Under the pieces are notes generated by a model. The model was not told the origin of the DNA, searched no databases, and was given only the letters and a program-made list of their open reading frames with translations. A stretch of DNA of 64,000 bases from Paraphysomonas bandaiensis (Eukaryota > Protista > Chrysophyceae): contig CBFFRP010000159.1 in NCBI GenBank assembly GCA_965644295.1, positions 1 through 64,000 on the forward strand, written 5' to 3'. Made by a program: the position numbers and the translations under genes. Shown here piece by piece: positions 49,353-62,443 of the stretch; position 1 is the first letter of the stretch; every line of letters begins with the position of its first letter.

Positions 49353-51439
49353 CTAAGACACATTACAATCTGCGGCGCTACTCCTATCACTACAACTATT
49401 GCCTTCCCGATATTCTTGTGACGACACGCCCTTATCGGCATTGTGTACACTGTTTTCACCACTCGTGACGAAGGTGAATAGGTAGTCTTCTTGAATTGCG
49501 TACCAGTCGTCGCAACCCACCTCACTGATATCTGGGCCAGTCTGATGCGGGACACTGGGAATACCGTGCTGTAACAACACTGCATATCTAGTGCCATGCT
49601 TCAGAGAAGACGTTGGCTTAAAAAACACACGTTGCGTCGATTTGTCAACCTGAATAGTTCCAGAGACAGGGAGCCTCTTCGTGTAGCGTTGCCATGAATG
49701 TCTGTCACCACCTCTGTAACTTCCATTCTTCCCTTTCCAGGGCGCAGCACTATAACGCACCCTCTCTAGACTTTTCTCGTTCAGGCCAGCAGCCAGTTCC
49801 AAGATGAACAGGCGTTGACGTGTCCATCTCAATACTTTTTGTGGTGACTTAACCCAGGTAATGTGGCCTCGTTTGGCTGCTTCGACCGCACCTAAAGCTT
49901 CTACCATATCCTGTGAAACCATTCCATGTGTACACCCAGGGAAAGGAGTGAAAGCATCTCGAAAACAATCTAGCACCAACCGCCGACTGAGAGAATTCGG
50001 CCGCCGGGAAATTCTAGTGGAAAACCTGGAGATATGCTCCACAGCTTGAAACTGGATAGATATTGTAACCGATGGAGACACACCAGTTTGATTATATGAT
50101 GGGAAAGTGGTGCGGATGTAGGGGCGATATGAAGAGTCCAGAGCGGACGTCTCTTGTGAATAATCGCAAAACGAAGGAGATATCTGAGGAGCGAAAGTTG
50201 GTAACACTTGTACATTGTTAGTCAGCTTTATGAAGTATCCACACAGAGGATCGTTGTCATCAACGGATATTTCTCCGTTGATGGCTAATATCATATCTCT
50301 GTCTGCCACCCCGCACAATTCCCGCACCTGCCCCTTGAGGTCTCCAACTGTAGTTTGTTCGTTTACAGTCATTCGAGAGATGTAGGTCTTGGAGCTACAG
50401 TACAACTGTACTCGCATCTCAACAGGCTTGGTCGGAATGTCAGGTGCAGTCTGGCTTCCGCTGTCATTTTCACTTTCAACTGAGAGAATGCTATTCATGT
50501 GCGATGTGCGGAAGAAAAACAAAGCATCCTCAACCACACCCACATTCAAACTGTCACTATGATGAGAGTCATCGTCGACCTCGTTCATTTTGTTGTTCAC
50601 GTGAATATTATCATCGGATGTGGCGTCCTCGGTCCTCACCCCATGCATAATTAAAATAGCGTACTGACTACCAGGTGTTAATTCATCCCTTGGAAAAATT
50701 TCAATTCGATTTTCCACAGCACCTATGTCTATTCGCAAGGGAAGTCTTTTAGTATACCGTTGCCAGCTGTGCGGGTCCCCTCCAGAATAGAATCCATTTA
50801 CCCCATCCCAGCGGTACCGGATGCCATCAATGCGCTGCTCCAGATCAACATCTAGCACCTCAATAAGCATCACCTGCTGAGATTGAACGTTGTTGGTCCA
50901 CTGAACAAACCCCCTATAAAATTTTAAAACGTAAGCCTACTGGAACCAGAAAGTGAAATCATGAATAGGAACCTGCGTTTAGCTTGCGATAAACCGCATA
51001 TATGTGGCAAGCCACTACAAGCATCGACTTCACGATTTCCATGTATCAGGTCTTTTATACTCAGACGCTTGGAACCATGAGGTTTGAGTTCAATATGAAT
51101 GGAGCATTTGAGTGGAACTTGTTTGCCTGGACACACGTGGCCCTCCTGTGATTTAAAGACAACCGATGAAATGTAACACTCATAAGAGCGCAAATGCAAA
51201 GGGACACTCGGAGGTGGCATAAAGGATAACGTTATGAGAGTTGTGCCATCAAAGACTGAGCTGTCAAGCCTCATACCATCCTTTAGATGAGACCCACGAT
51301 ACTTCAGCACTATCAGGTCCATACGCATGCCGTGCTTATCGCGAAGATGTTCCTTGACAGTCTTAACGGTATCAGTCTCATTACAAGTGATTGTTAGTAT
51401 CGTCCCAGTTATCGCACACCGCAAGTGGAGCTCAACCAT
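49353..51439 (-). CDS. Protein with two tandem [ubiquitin-like + Big_5/SbsA-type Ig-like] modules, 2 exons
   Basis: Ubl: TVKTVKEHL..LKYRGSHLKDG and TTVGDLKGQV. Both modules contain YxGGDxHSWQRYTKRLP, FP/FKP..L..G..YA.L..HG and F.F.T. Confidence 0.65.
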
Positions 51440-51946
51440 AACAGAGCTATGAGACCCTACTATCAACGACACATAGACTCCTCTGTATTACGATTAGACT
51501 GAATAGCTGCCCTGGCGGAGGGAGTAGAGGAACAGAGGGGTGGAGGGTTGCTTCAGCTCTATTGCCAATGCTCTAGCTATTCATGATGTATATAGAGAGA
51601 GCACAGAGTACATTATACTGCTGTGTGTATGAAAATCAAAAAGCTTGTGTTTTCTATACACAAAATCCTAGATTTCATGTTTCTTTCCTTTTTTGCAAAT
51701 ATGACGTACAATGAACGTTTATGATTGGCAGAAAATTCAACATTTTACTTGCAATTTTTTTCAAGTTCGAGATATTTCTCTTAGGAATCCATACGCATAT
51801 AGTGTATACGCATATACGTAGTACATACAGCAGTACAGTATATCCATACCCGACATGTGATGTACGTACATCTTAGTACATTAATTCGAATTCATCCATC
51901 TAGCGGTGTTACGCTTTATATACCCACCTTGTGATAGTTGTGAAAT

Positions 51947-54179
51947 ATGGGCAATTGCTCTACGAATGAGGTCCATCCGCTTGCTCTTAGTATCCTTGAG
52001 TATGTGGATATCAAGCAAAGAGGATATGCTGCTATGCTGTCTCGTAAATGGGCGGCCTTCATGCAAACAGATGTCGTTATGAGATGGATGTGCTACCGAT
52101 TAATGGTAGATTACAAATTATATTCACCGCTCAAGTTAACCGCTGGAGTGACTTGGAAGTCCATGTTTATGGAGTTATTCAATATACGTCATATCTGGTC
52201 TGGTGATGACAGCAGCCGCCAATCAGGTCACGATCCTGATAGAAAGAGTGAAAGGGCAAAGATTAACGTATACGCTCGATTTCGTCCCATCGACAACTCT
52301 CAGCATGTGGAGGATACTAAAGAAATTACACTTCCTCTACATCAACGTCTTGCTCTGATTAAAATGTCCTGCAAACTGAAGAGTAACCGTGCCGCCCTTC
52401 ACGTTATGAAAGAAGAAGGAACTTGGTTTGGTAAAAAGTGGCAACAGACACTAAAGGAAAACATTTCAAGTGTAGATAATAAAGTTAAAGTTCCACCCAA
52501 AGCTACTTCGAAACCGCTTGTAGCTGATATTCAGTCCGTGGATGAGGGCTGCGGAAGAGTGGTCATCATGACTCCTGATGTGGGCCTAAGAGAGTTTTGT
52601 TTTGATGGTGTGTTTTCTCACAAAAGTGACCAGAAAAGAGTATACGACACTGTGGCTTGTCGCCTGGTGTCTGACGTGCTCAATGGCTTCAATTCGACGG
52701 CAATTATGTATGGGTGAGTGTTCTGCTGTACGTCCAATGTATTACATTGAAATATTCGTTCACGGTGATTTATTCAGGCAAACTGGTAGTGGGAAAACAT
52801 TTACTATGTTTGGGGAAGGTGATGAACGTTCCTCGTCGAAATTCGTCAAGGAAGGACATGGAATAGTTTACCGTGCATGTGAGGATGTACTGACTGCTGT
52901 GCAGTCTCGAAAGTCTCTTGGCATCATCAGTGAAGTGGCTGTCTCCTACGTGGAGGTGTACGGCGACACCGTAACGGATCTTCTAAAACGTGGGCGTAGA
53001 TGTGGCCAGTCGAAGGTTGCATCTCAACAGTATGTCTTATCTGGCGCTGCAGAGCAAGAAGTGTCCTCTATGGGCGATATATCTCACCTATTGTCCGTGG
53101 GAGATGAACAGAAACGCCGAGCTGCAACGGCTATGAATGACCGTTCCACACGCGCTCATAGTATTTTTATTTTGACGCTGAAACAAAAGAATGTTCATTC
53201 TGAAGTATCAATGACATCGAAGCTCTTTTTGGCGGATTTGGGAGGATCTGAGCAAGTCAAGAAATCTCAAGTTGCCCCTGGACAATCACGCACCAAATAT
53301 AATGTTGAAGGTGGTGTTGTTGAGGATGTTGACCAGCTTAGTGTGAACGAAGCTTCTTTGGGCACATTTTCGACTGGATTTGAAATGGGCGAGCGTATGA
53401 GGGAGGCAGTTTATATCAACCTTGGGTTGTTGGCATTGAAAAAATGCATTGAAGCTCTCAACAATAATCTCCCTTATGTACCCTACCAAGATTCCAAACT
53501 GACTATGCTTCTGTCAGCAGGCCTTGCATCTGGACGGACATCTGTTGTGGTGTGCGGGAATTCAAATCCCAGTCACATTACTGAAACAATTGCAACACTG
53601 CGATTTGGTGAGCGCTGTGCCCAAATAGAAATGGAGGTCCGCAACAATGCCACGGTTTTGGAGGGCGTCCTTGCCCAGATTGACAGCGACATCTCTGATC
53701 TGGAGGCTCAGATTGTAGCCAAGGAGAGATGGGAAGTAGTCGAAGAGCGACGCAAAGATGAACTTGCTGAGGAGGGTACTGTTGAGGCTGCAGTAGGAGG
53801 AGTAGAGAGGCGAGTTGTGACGGTTTTGACTGGTGCAGAGGAAGAAAGAGCTCGACTTGATGAATTAATTAAAAAGCGAGCAGAACTGACGGGTAGTGAG
53901 ATTGTAGCCAAAGCATATAAGTCAAATGTAGTCGGGTTCGGCGCAAAGTATGGCAAAAAATATACTTACGGCTCGAAGTACGATGCCGAGGCCGACCTCA
54001 AATCAGAGAATGTGAGGTTCTTAGAAAAGACTGCTATGGAAAAGGTCCCAGTGGTGGTACGATCCAGGGGCAAGGAGTGGAAAATGGGTAAAGAACTTGA
54101 AAGTGATTCTAAAGAGCTAGAGCGAAAGGCGAAGACCGCAAAGAGAAACAAACTAGTGTATTCTGGTATATCGTCCTAA
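51947..54179 (+). CDS. Kinesin motor protein with N-terminal F-box-like segment; intron 52714-52777
   Basis: VYARFRP, FCFDGVF, YG|QTGSGKTFTM, NDRSTRAH, LADLGGSE, VPYQDSKLT, ETIATLRFG. Confidence 0.93.
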
Positions 54180-54496
54180 GTGGAACACGCTTTCACACAC
54201 CAGAAGTAGCGACGCCCATTAGGGCAGTTATATTTAAATGCAGTAATTTCTATGTTAATAAAGCGAGATTCAATTGTGCACATATTCTTGTTCTCGTTTA
54301 TATCAAGTGTTCGCTCACAATCGAATGTAACGCTTGACTTGCATGGGGTAGCTAGAAGCAGGAAAATAGCTTGTCCACTTTTCATATTCAGTTTTTCTTA
54401 CTTCTTACACATTTGCAGGGCGAACTCAGCTACAACTGCCCACCACCCCAGGATTTTCTACTGGTTCCCTTAAGTCGTGCTATGTAAACAGAAAAA

Positions 54497-55988
54497 TTCT
54501 CTGCCCTACGGTTGCAAATACAGTCCAACAAAAAGTTGCACCCTTCTAGCCAGCTCCAAGCCCAATGTCTCTATTGAGACCGTGGCAGCGTCACATCAGC
54601 GTGTCCAGGCCTCGATCGGCCTCTTACTCCCCCGTACAGCTGAATTTTGTAGACCACCACCCTTCCGACAAATCTCTTGTCTTACCATGGTGTACATGCT
54701 CCAAGCCTCACTACGTGGCCTTGCAACTTCCACCCTACCCACCTGTCTCAGGTAAACAACGTGCCTGCACCAATGCAGCGCTGACCGCATGCATATGCTA
54801 TCACCTAAGGAGACACCTTCGTCTCCTACACGGTTCTCTACGGATACAACCACTTACAGCATGGCTCGTGCGAGCAGATCCACGCAAACGGCCCCCATGT
54901 ACCTTCTCTGCAACCCCTGTCTCCTCTCGACACCTCTCCACTGCACAACAGGGCCGTCTCCTGACGACAACCCAGCCCAACCCAACATGGTTTGTCTGTG
55001 GTCCATCCACCCAGCAGGCTACCCCCTCACCCTGTTCACCTATCACCCCCACAGCCCATCCATCTCATTGGATAGACACTGTATTCCGCATACGGTATAC
55101 TCGACTACTGTACTACTGTGCCCTACAGGATGTATACCATTCCGTGTATACCTGTACTGCTGTTGGACACATCACCATGTCCATGTACCTGTATACCTGT
55201 ACTGTTGGACACATCACCATGTCCATGTACCTGTCTACCTGTACTGTTGGACACATCACCATGTCCATGTACCTGTCTACTTGTACTGTTGGACACATCA
55301 CCAGCTCTCTCTCACTGTCCAACGCACTCATATTATCACTGCACTGTCATACACACACACAGTACACTCTACCTCCTCCTAGAAAACCCCCGGACAAACT
55401 ATCGCCTCTCCCTTCGTCTCTGACACCTTGCCGTCATCTTCCTTACACACACTCTCTATGCCTCAGTCTGTACCCCCCTGCACTGACACAGACACGAACA
55501 AGGGCAGCTGAGGACGTCCGAGTGTCTCCTCCAGACCATCATCATCATCATGATCATCTCGTGCATAGGTCTATCAGAGTACTCGACCTTGGCACCCCCA
55601 CACATCTACCACCACCTCCCACCACCTCATCCACCTCTCAACCCACTCTTCTGGAACTCGGAACACTTATGGCATTAATATACCACACTGAGCCTCCTCC
55701 AAACCCAACAGAGACCCATCCCAAAGGGAGACCCCCAGATCAAAAGCGCCGGTGAGTCCACGGACACACGATAAAGGCGAATTTCATATCACACAAAAAG
55801 AACGGAAGTGGTTGCACCTTGGTGCTTGCGGCGACGCACAAGCAGCTTTCGTAGCGTTAAATAGTAGGATAAAAGAGTTTGTATTGATTAGTTACGGGTA
55901 GTGGTCTAACTAGTATGACTAGCATTCTTCTAGCCACTAATTGATGCAAGGTCTCAACGCCTATTGCTAAATAATCAGACATTCACTA
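54497..55988 (+). mobile_element. Non-autonomous retroelement C with single 396-aa ORF (54565-55755)
   Basis: 11-bp TSD TATGTAAACAG (54481-54491, 55989-55999); same termini as B. Confidence 0.9.
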
Positions 55989-56241
55989 TATGTAAACAGC
56001 AATTAATCAAAGTACATGCACTATTTGTACAATCATACGGCTATCAAACTATTGACAGAAGTGATATTAGCTACTTCATTTACGTATGCATATTAAAAAT
56101 TGACATAGTCTATTGCCGAGAAGTGACCATATATTCTGCTATACTGCATGATGGTATACGACCTACTTCCGTCTACTCAACTCCGTCAGTACTGTTCGTG
56201 CACCACAATTGAGAGGTTTGTAAGAAGACACATTGCTGATA

Positions 56242-57289
56242 TCAACCATTTCGCCGCCTATTCGGTTCCTCAAATACGTGGAAACCCCTCTCGTCATACT
56301 GCATTATTTGCCTGTACATCCTATCCATCTCTGTGTAAAGGTAAATATCGGTCTTATTTCCATTCTTCCCTGCATGAACACGCTTATGTGCAGGTTCAAA
56401 TGTTTCAGGTACATTTGGTAGGCCCAGGATATCCGATACTTCGTCCAGTACCCTCTGCAGACTACCTGGATCACGTGAGCTCCAATAGACATCTATTGTT
56501 TCTATATTGGGATAAGCGGCAGTAAATGCTCTCCACCGTGCTTCCGTTTCGTCGATCAACCACAAACATTGTTGAAATGGGGTTAATAGGCGCCATTTTT
56601 CCTCACTAGGTGGCTGTAAGATAACATTATTTTCGTTATGAAATGGGCAAAACCCAACAGTAAAGCTACTACATATGTCAGATATCGTGCGGCCGGAAGA
56701 TCGATAAAGCAAACTGAATGCAGTTTCTATTCGTTGCCGCCTTATCCGCACAAAAAGGATGCGCTTGCATATATTTGAAGGTCGGACTGATTCGTACTTC
56801 TTCTGTGTGAAGTACTCAACTAGACCGCGATAGTAGAAAAGATTGTAGTGCCCCAAATCCATTATGACCTCTGTATCAAAGAGTTTTTGTAGCCTAGCAA
56901 CTGCAGGGGCAAACTTCTTGCTGACAAAGTCGACCTCATCAGCAATTGTAAAATTCTTTCTGTATCGTTCCCTAGGCACATATATCTTCTTATTCGTGCG
57001 GAACACTTTCCCTTCGAACATTAAACCAAGACCTCTAACTCTACCGTTATTGTATGAACTATAATCAGACATTGTTGTGGTACCAACATGACCAGTGCTA
57101 AATCCAAAAATACAATCAAAGCGGCTATTAACGGGTTCCTGTGAATATATAAACATAAATCCCATGTTTCCTGGTATATGACGGGCGTACCTTTGTAGTG
57201 TAGTCTATAGAGAACAGAATAAAACCAAGAGCAACAAGAGCAGCCAAAATGAAAATACAGCGTGATCGCTTGGAATTAATAGGACTCAT
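56242..57289 (-). CDS. Type II membrane protein, P-loop/sulfotransferase-like
   Basis: N-terminal anchor CIFILAALVALGFILF; FGFSTGHVGTTT loop; FVRIRR..TAFS. Confidence 0.5.
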
Positions 57290-57809
57290 GGACTGCTTTG
57301 CTTGACTATTCAACTGCTATCGAATGAACAAGAGAGGAGGTGGTGTATATGCCGACACTCACACCTAACGAGAGAGATATAACAACAGAGAGTTTTAAGA
57401 TATCCTATACTAATAGTCGAGGGATGAGTGATACATTAAGACACGAAATGGATTGAGTGAACATGCTCTCAAGGCGGCAGTTTATGGTTATACATACTAC
57501 CATGCCGCATGGTGTGTGGACCGGTACATGTAGCCATCATACGTCTAGACGTCGTATGTATCCCCATCCAGATACATTGTGGAGGTGTATATACTGTATA
57601 TTGTATACTGCTGTATACGTCATATGGTTATGCATATTGAAGCTTATACAACTGAAAAACTCGACTTTATATGTCATCAAACAATGAGAAAACTTGATTT
57701 TTGTAGGGATGGACAAGTAAAAAACAAGCACTATTTGATTATATCTCGCAATCATTAACATATTGATCGATGTCATGTCAGCACTCCTCACAGCGGTGTG
57801 TAAACCAGT

Positions 57810-59045
57810 ATGAAACGACGGCGAGATTCACAAGAGTATAATGAAGATGACGGAGACACAATGGTTACATTATCTCGCAGCATGTTTGATTCCCTCATAT
57901 GCAGCCACTGCGGAGAATATTTTCGTAATCCGGTGACCATAATGGACTGCCTTCATTCGTGTAAGTACCATTCATATTCCACCTTATTTGAAGTTGAGTT
58001 TGGTTGGCAGTATGTAGGGTATGCATGGATGAGATTAAGGTTACTGTAAGGGGTAAGAAGTTTTGCGAGGTATGCAATAAGGAGTATGATCCATTCGTGA
58101 AAAATACTGTCATGTAAGTCGTTGTATCATATACCTATCATATCATTATGTGTACAACTTATAGGCCTGATCGAAGACTGAAAGAAATAGTTGACACTAT
58201 TATTCCAATATTTGAGCGACGAAGAAGTAGCGACAATCGTACGTGTCTTGGTTATGCTATATTCTCTTGAAAATAATATCTTATGTCCCTTGCCGACTCT
58301 TGCTCAGAAAAGGTGCAAATACTTTCAATGTTGTTTTTATTTTGACATTTTAAATTGCAGGATACTGTTGTTGCTTCCTCTGGCACTACCTCTACCGCCC
58401 CTCCTGCGAACAATACTGAAACCCACAGTAGTCCAGGCAGTATGAGGACAGCTCGTTCTCTTGAGCCTAATACAACGCAGCAACAGGCTTCTGGGGACAC
58501 CCTCGTTGAGCTGATACTCTCGCCGTATATATGGTGGTGTCGGATAGTCGGTTAAAGCATTTTTCTTACATCTTTTGCAGCGACCCCGTTGAGGCACTTC
58601 CTAAAGTTGAGTTCAAGAAACTACAAGCACAAGCTCGCATCAAGGTGTGTTGTCGATGTATGTCGCATGTAATGTGCCTATTATTGTTTGCAATGAAGTT
58701 GTCGCTGTGAACGAAGTGCATTGTTGTTAGGTGAGAAAAGTAGAAGAGTATGTATTAAGGAAACTCCGTAACGCGGGTTATGCTTCTACTGGTGACATCA
58801 ATATCGAAGTGCTAAGTGGGGACACGTGAGTTGTATATTGTGTAGCGTTTTTGTACCCATACTTTGTTGACATTATTTACAGTGTATTAGATAGTAGTAA
58901 GAATCTACACGACGCATTGGGACTGACGGTATTATTTCTGACTGTTTTGTTTCTATTCTTATCACTATTATTCTGCCAAGGTGGTCCCAAGAAAGTTAAA
59001 AATTCATATTGCCTACAGAAGAAAGGTAGAAGCGTAATTTTGTAG
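57810..59045 (+). CDS. C3HC4 RING protein, PCGF/BMI1-like, multi-exon; 3' end uncertain
   Basis: LICSHCGEYFRNPVTIMDCLHS..CRVC..CEVC, RPDRRLKEIVDT, and a later RAWUL-like KVRKVEEYVLRKL. Confidence 0.65.
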
Positions 59046-62000
59046 GTGTTGTTGCTTTCAACACGTTCTGTACAATGTATAATAGTGTAATATCTATAAT
59101 TATTAGTTTTTGATCCACAAGCTGCGATGTTCATGTACTTGTGTGTGTTATCCAGAGTTGCAACTTATAAATATGAATGTATGCGTTGTTATGCATTATA
59201 GGGTAGTAGTAGTGATTGCCATATTAATCAATGTCGTAACCGTAGATATATATTAGATATAATTAGGCAAAGTATAAAAATGCATAACGCACTAGATACT
59301 AGCGAATGTAGTATGGTTACACATGTACTACCTGCTATATAGTGTAATAATATTGTTGGAGTGGTCAGAAAAGTATTGCAATATATTCTTGATGCAACTG
59401 CACGTGTCGTATTTCTTTCTACCAAGTATAATAATGAGTAGTGTGCTTTGTAATATGCACTCTGTTCTCTGTATATAATAATATAGCTAATAATAATACT
59501 ATCGCGATATACTTTGACGGCAAGGACAACGTTAGAACTACATTTACGCACACGACTCACACCAACATATGTCAATGGTCAATGATATCAGCAACCTTTT
59601 ACAGTCGATTTCGGTGGTGTTTTTCTAAGACCTCGAATTGTAATTGAACCGTGTTACTTCGTTACGAATATTATCGTTTTTACTATGTTGGTTTTGTTGG
59701 TGTATGAATTCATAGAGCGATCCAAATCGTCGACGATAAAGCTATCCTCAACAAGCCTTGCTATCAACAGGTCATGATGCAAACAAACCTCGTATAAGGG
59801 CACAAGATAGTCAGTGCGTTCAAATACATCCAGTTGGCATCGGCAAGTGAACTCCTGATGCATATATATCTAAACTTCTTGGTCCAGAAATGAAATCCCA
59901 AAAATCACTGCAAAAAAAGGCTTTTTGGAGGTTTCATTTCGGTGTCTGTTGTACTACCGTCAGTAATACTGCACTACACGAGATGATGTTGCTATATATG
60001 ATGCATATCTGGATACAGTATCCATCCGGATAGTATGAAGGAGAGAGTTCAGATGCAGGTTCATTACGCTGTTCTTATCAATATATATTTAGGTAAACTA
60101 GTTCCCATATATGCCTTGTGTATCTTTGTCATCAGTAGTTGTCTCGGTTTAAGGTCATCACATACCGCAGAGTGACTTGTGTTATTGTTTTGGATTGAGA
60201 GTAGTGCTCGTAGGGTGTAATGCGCATGTAGCCAACACTGGCCAACGGTGGTGCCCCATCCAGAGCTAGACTTCCAGCGACTTGATAGCTAATGTGGAAT
60301 AACAATATCATACATAGCCTTCATATATAAAACTTATATGTATATATTACATCACCTCGTATAGTAAATTGAAGGGTGGGCGTAGCCGCTGCAAGGCTAC
60401 TACTGCAGAGATGAAGGCCCAGGAACTGGTCTATATGCGGTGTCCTAATGAGTTAACACAAGTAATTGCATGTTATTGCTTTTTACCTGTGGCGTTGTGT
60501 TTCTAAGCCTCTCTAGGCTACATTGGCATTTATTTTCTTGACATCATTTTTCACTTCCAGAAACACATTACTGGCCTTTGGAATAAGAATTATCAATCAG
60601 GTGAAAATGTTAAACCTTCAAATTTTGAGCGTTTGTTTGTTTATGTTGTTTCCAACAGGAACTGCAGCGCTGCACGAACTTTTGATGATATATCCCTTGC
60701 ATGATGTGTGATATATTATGTATAATGTTTGATATATATGTGCTGCTTTGACGTATGTTTTGCATTTGTATCCATGATTTGCTGGTTAGTTTTCACCGAC
60801 CGCAATTACAGTACATTTATAAATTCACTATTATATTTTGTGCTGATATAATAATTATTATCATATTACTTAATAAAACTAGAAACGGTTCAACAATGAA
60901 AAAATAGTTGGTATATATTAGTACGGTATAGTGGCTAGATGTTATTTTCAATAACAGCTGCTTCAAGCATTTGCAAATGAGATATCATCACATCTACTAA
61001 ATCATCGTAATCATCTGCTGCATCACTCGTAGTAAACTTACTTGTATTCTTTATCTCTTAGCGTTTAATGAAAGATACACTTTGTATTGTTAAAAGGTAG
61101 TGCTTGATTATTATGAAGAATAAGGCCTAATAGTATAATAGCAAGAAATGGGGTTCTTGAAATGAACACCAAGATTCGCATTGATTGAAATTTTGCTTAT
61201 GTCGAAGAGGTTGTTTAGGAGTGTTACCTTGACATGAACCTCTGGCAGCAGAACACTGAGGGACATATTGGCCTGGACCCTACTATTTGCTTTGCATTGT
61301 CGATCAGCGTAGGAAAACATCTGCTCCGCTGATGTGCCAGTCAATGAACTTGCCGAATAACCAAACTCAATTGCTTCCATAAGACATGGAAAGTGTTGAC
61401 ATTACAGAGACTAGAAGCTCTGAATATTGTCTCCCACCAAACCAGTGAGTATTGGCGTGCAATTCTGCCAGAAATAATCCACGGCACAGATCCTGCAACT
61501 CATTCAAATGTTTATCGGAGTTAAATCCTAATGACAACATGTTTTCCCTGAAGTCTATAGGATTTTCCACAAAGGTCTTTATCAATGCGTCCCTGAACTG
61601 TAAATAAGTCATGTCTCCGAAAGAAACGGCATCAGGACGAGGATTTGTGGGTACTGGTGTAACTGTTTTGGCTCCGAGCAAGGGATATTCTCATGAGACT
61701 TGAAAATGGCAGTGAGAAAAGAAAAAATCTCATTAAACGCACAAAACTGTTTTCCATTATCGGAAAACGTAAGCAATTGTATACTATTAAGTTCAGAAAA
61801 GTCCATTAGACACTCTGAGATAGCAAGCAAAGCAGGCCATCTTCAACCTCTTCCATATTGAAGCAAAGAGCTCTTTGGCGATAATCCTTTGACACAGTGC
61901 AAGAAGAATGATACAGGAAGATGATCTAAAAAGATGGGGTGATATATATTATAAATTAGAGTCATGAATGGCCGAATGGAAAGATGTGACAAAGGCAACC

Positions 62001-62443
62001 TTTTGAGCCCATTTTGTCATTCTTTTCGGACAACTTCCGACAGAGAAAAAAACATTCAAATGCTATGAAAATCAACGCACTCGCGATATATCGCGATCTC
62101 ACTTCTGGACCAAGAACTTACTTGTTGTGGAGAAGATACAGCAGTATGATATACCGGCATACCGTACAAGTGGGTAATACACAATACAGTACCGTATTCC
62201 TGTATTCTACACTCTGCTGTGTGGGGATGTATATATAGAATGTAGATAATACATGTGCTGTATATATCTTTTGATGGAGATATCACACACAGCGGTGACT
62301 TTATTTAACTTACTTCCACTTCTTCTACACCACACTCTACACCAGATACGGTACACAGATATATGAGTTCATAGATACTAGAGTATATGAAGAAGTGATA
62401 GTTACTACACCCGTATAAGTGTCCTACATACGAATACACCAGT

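Noticed and set aside
59200-62000. Short ORFs, including the overlapping minus-strand set 61111-61830
   Set aside because: May be a decayed gene or transposon, but I recognise no motif or termini.
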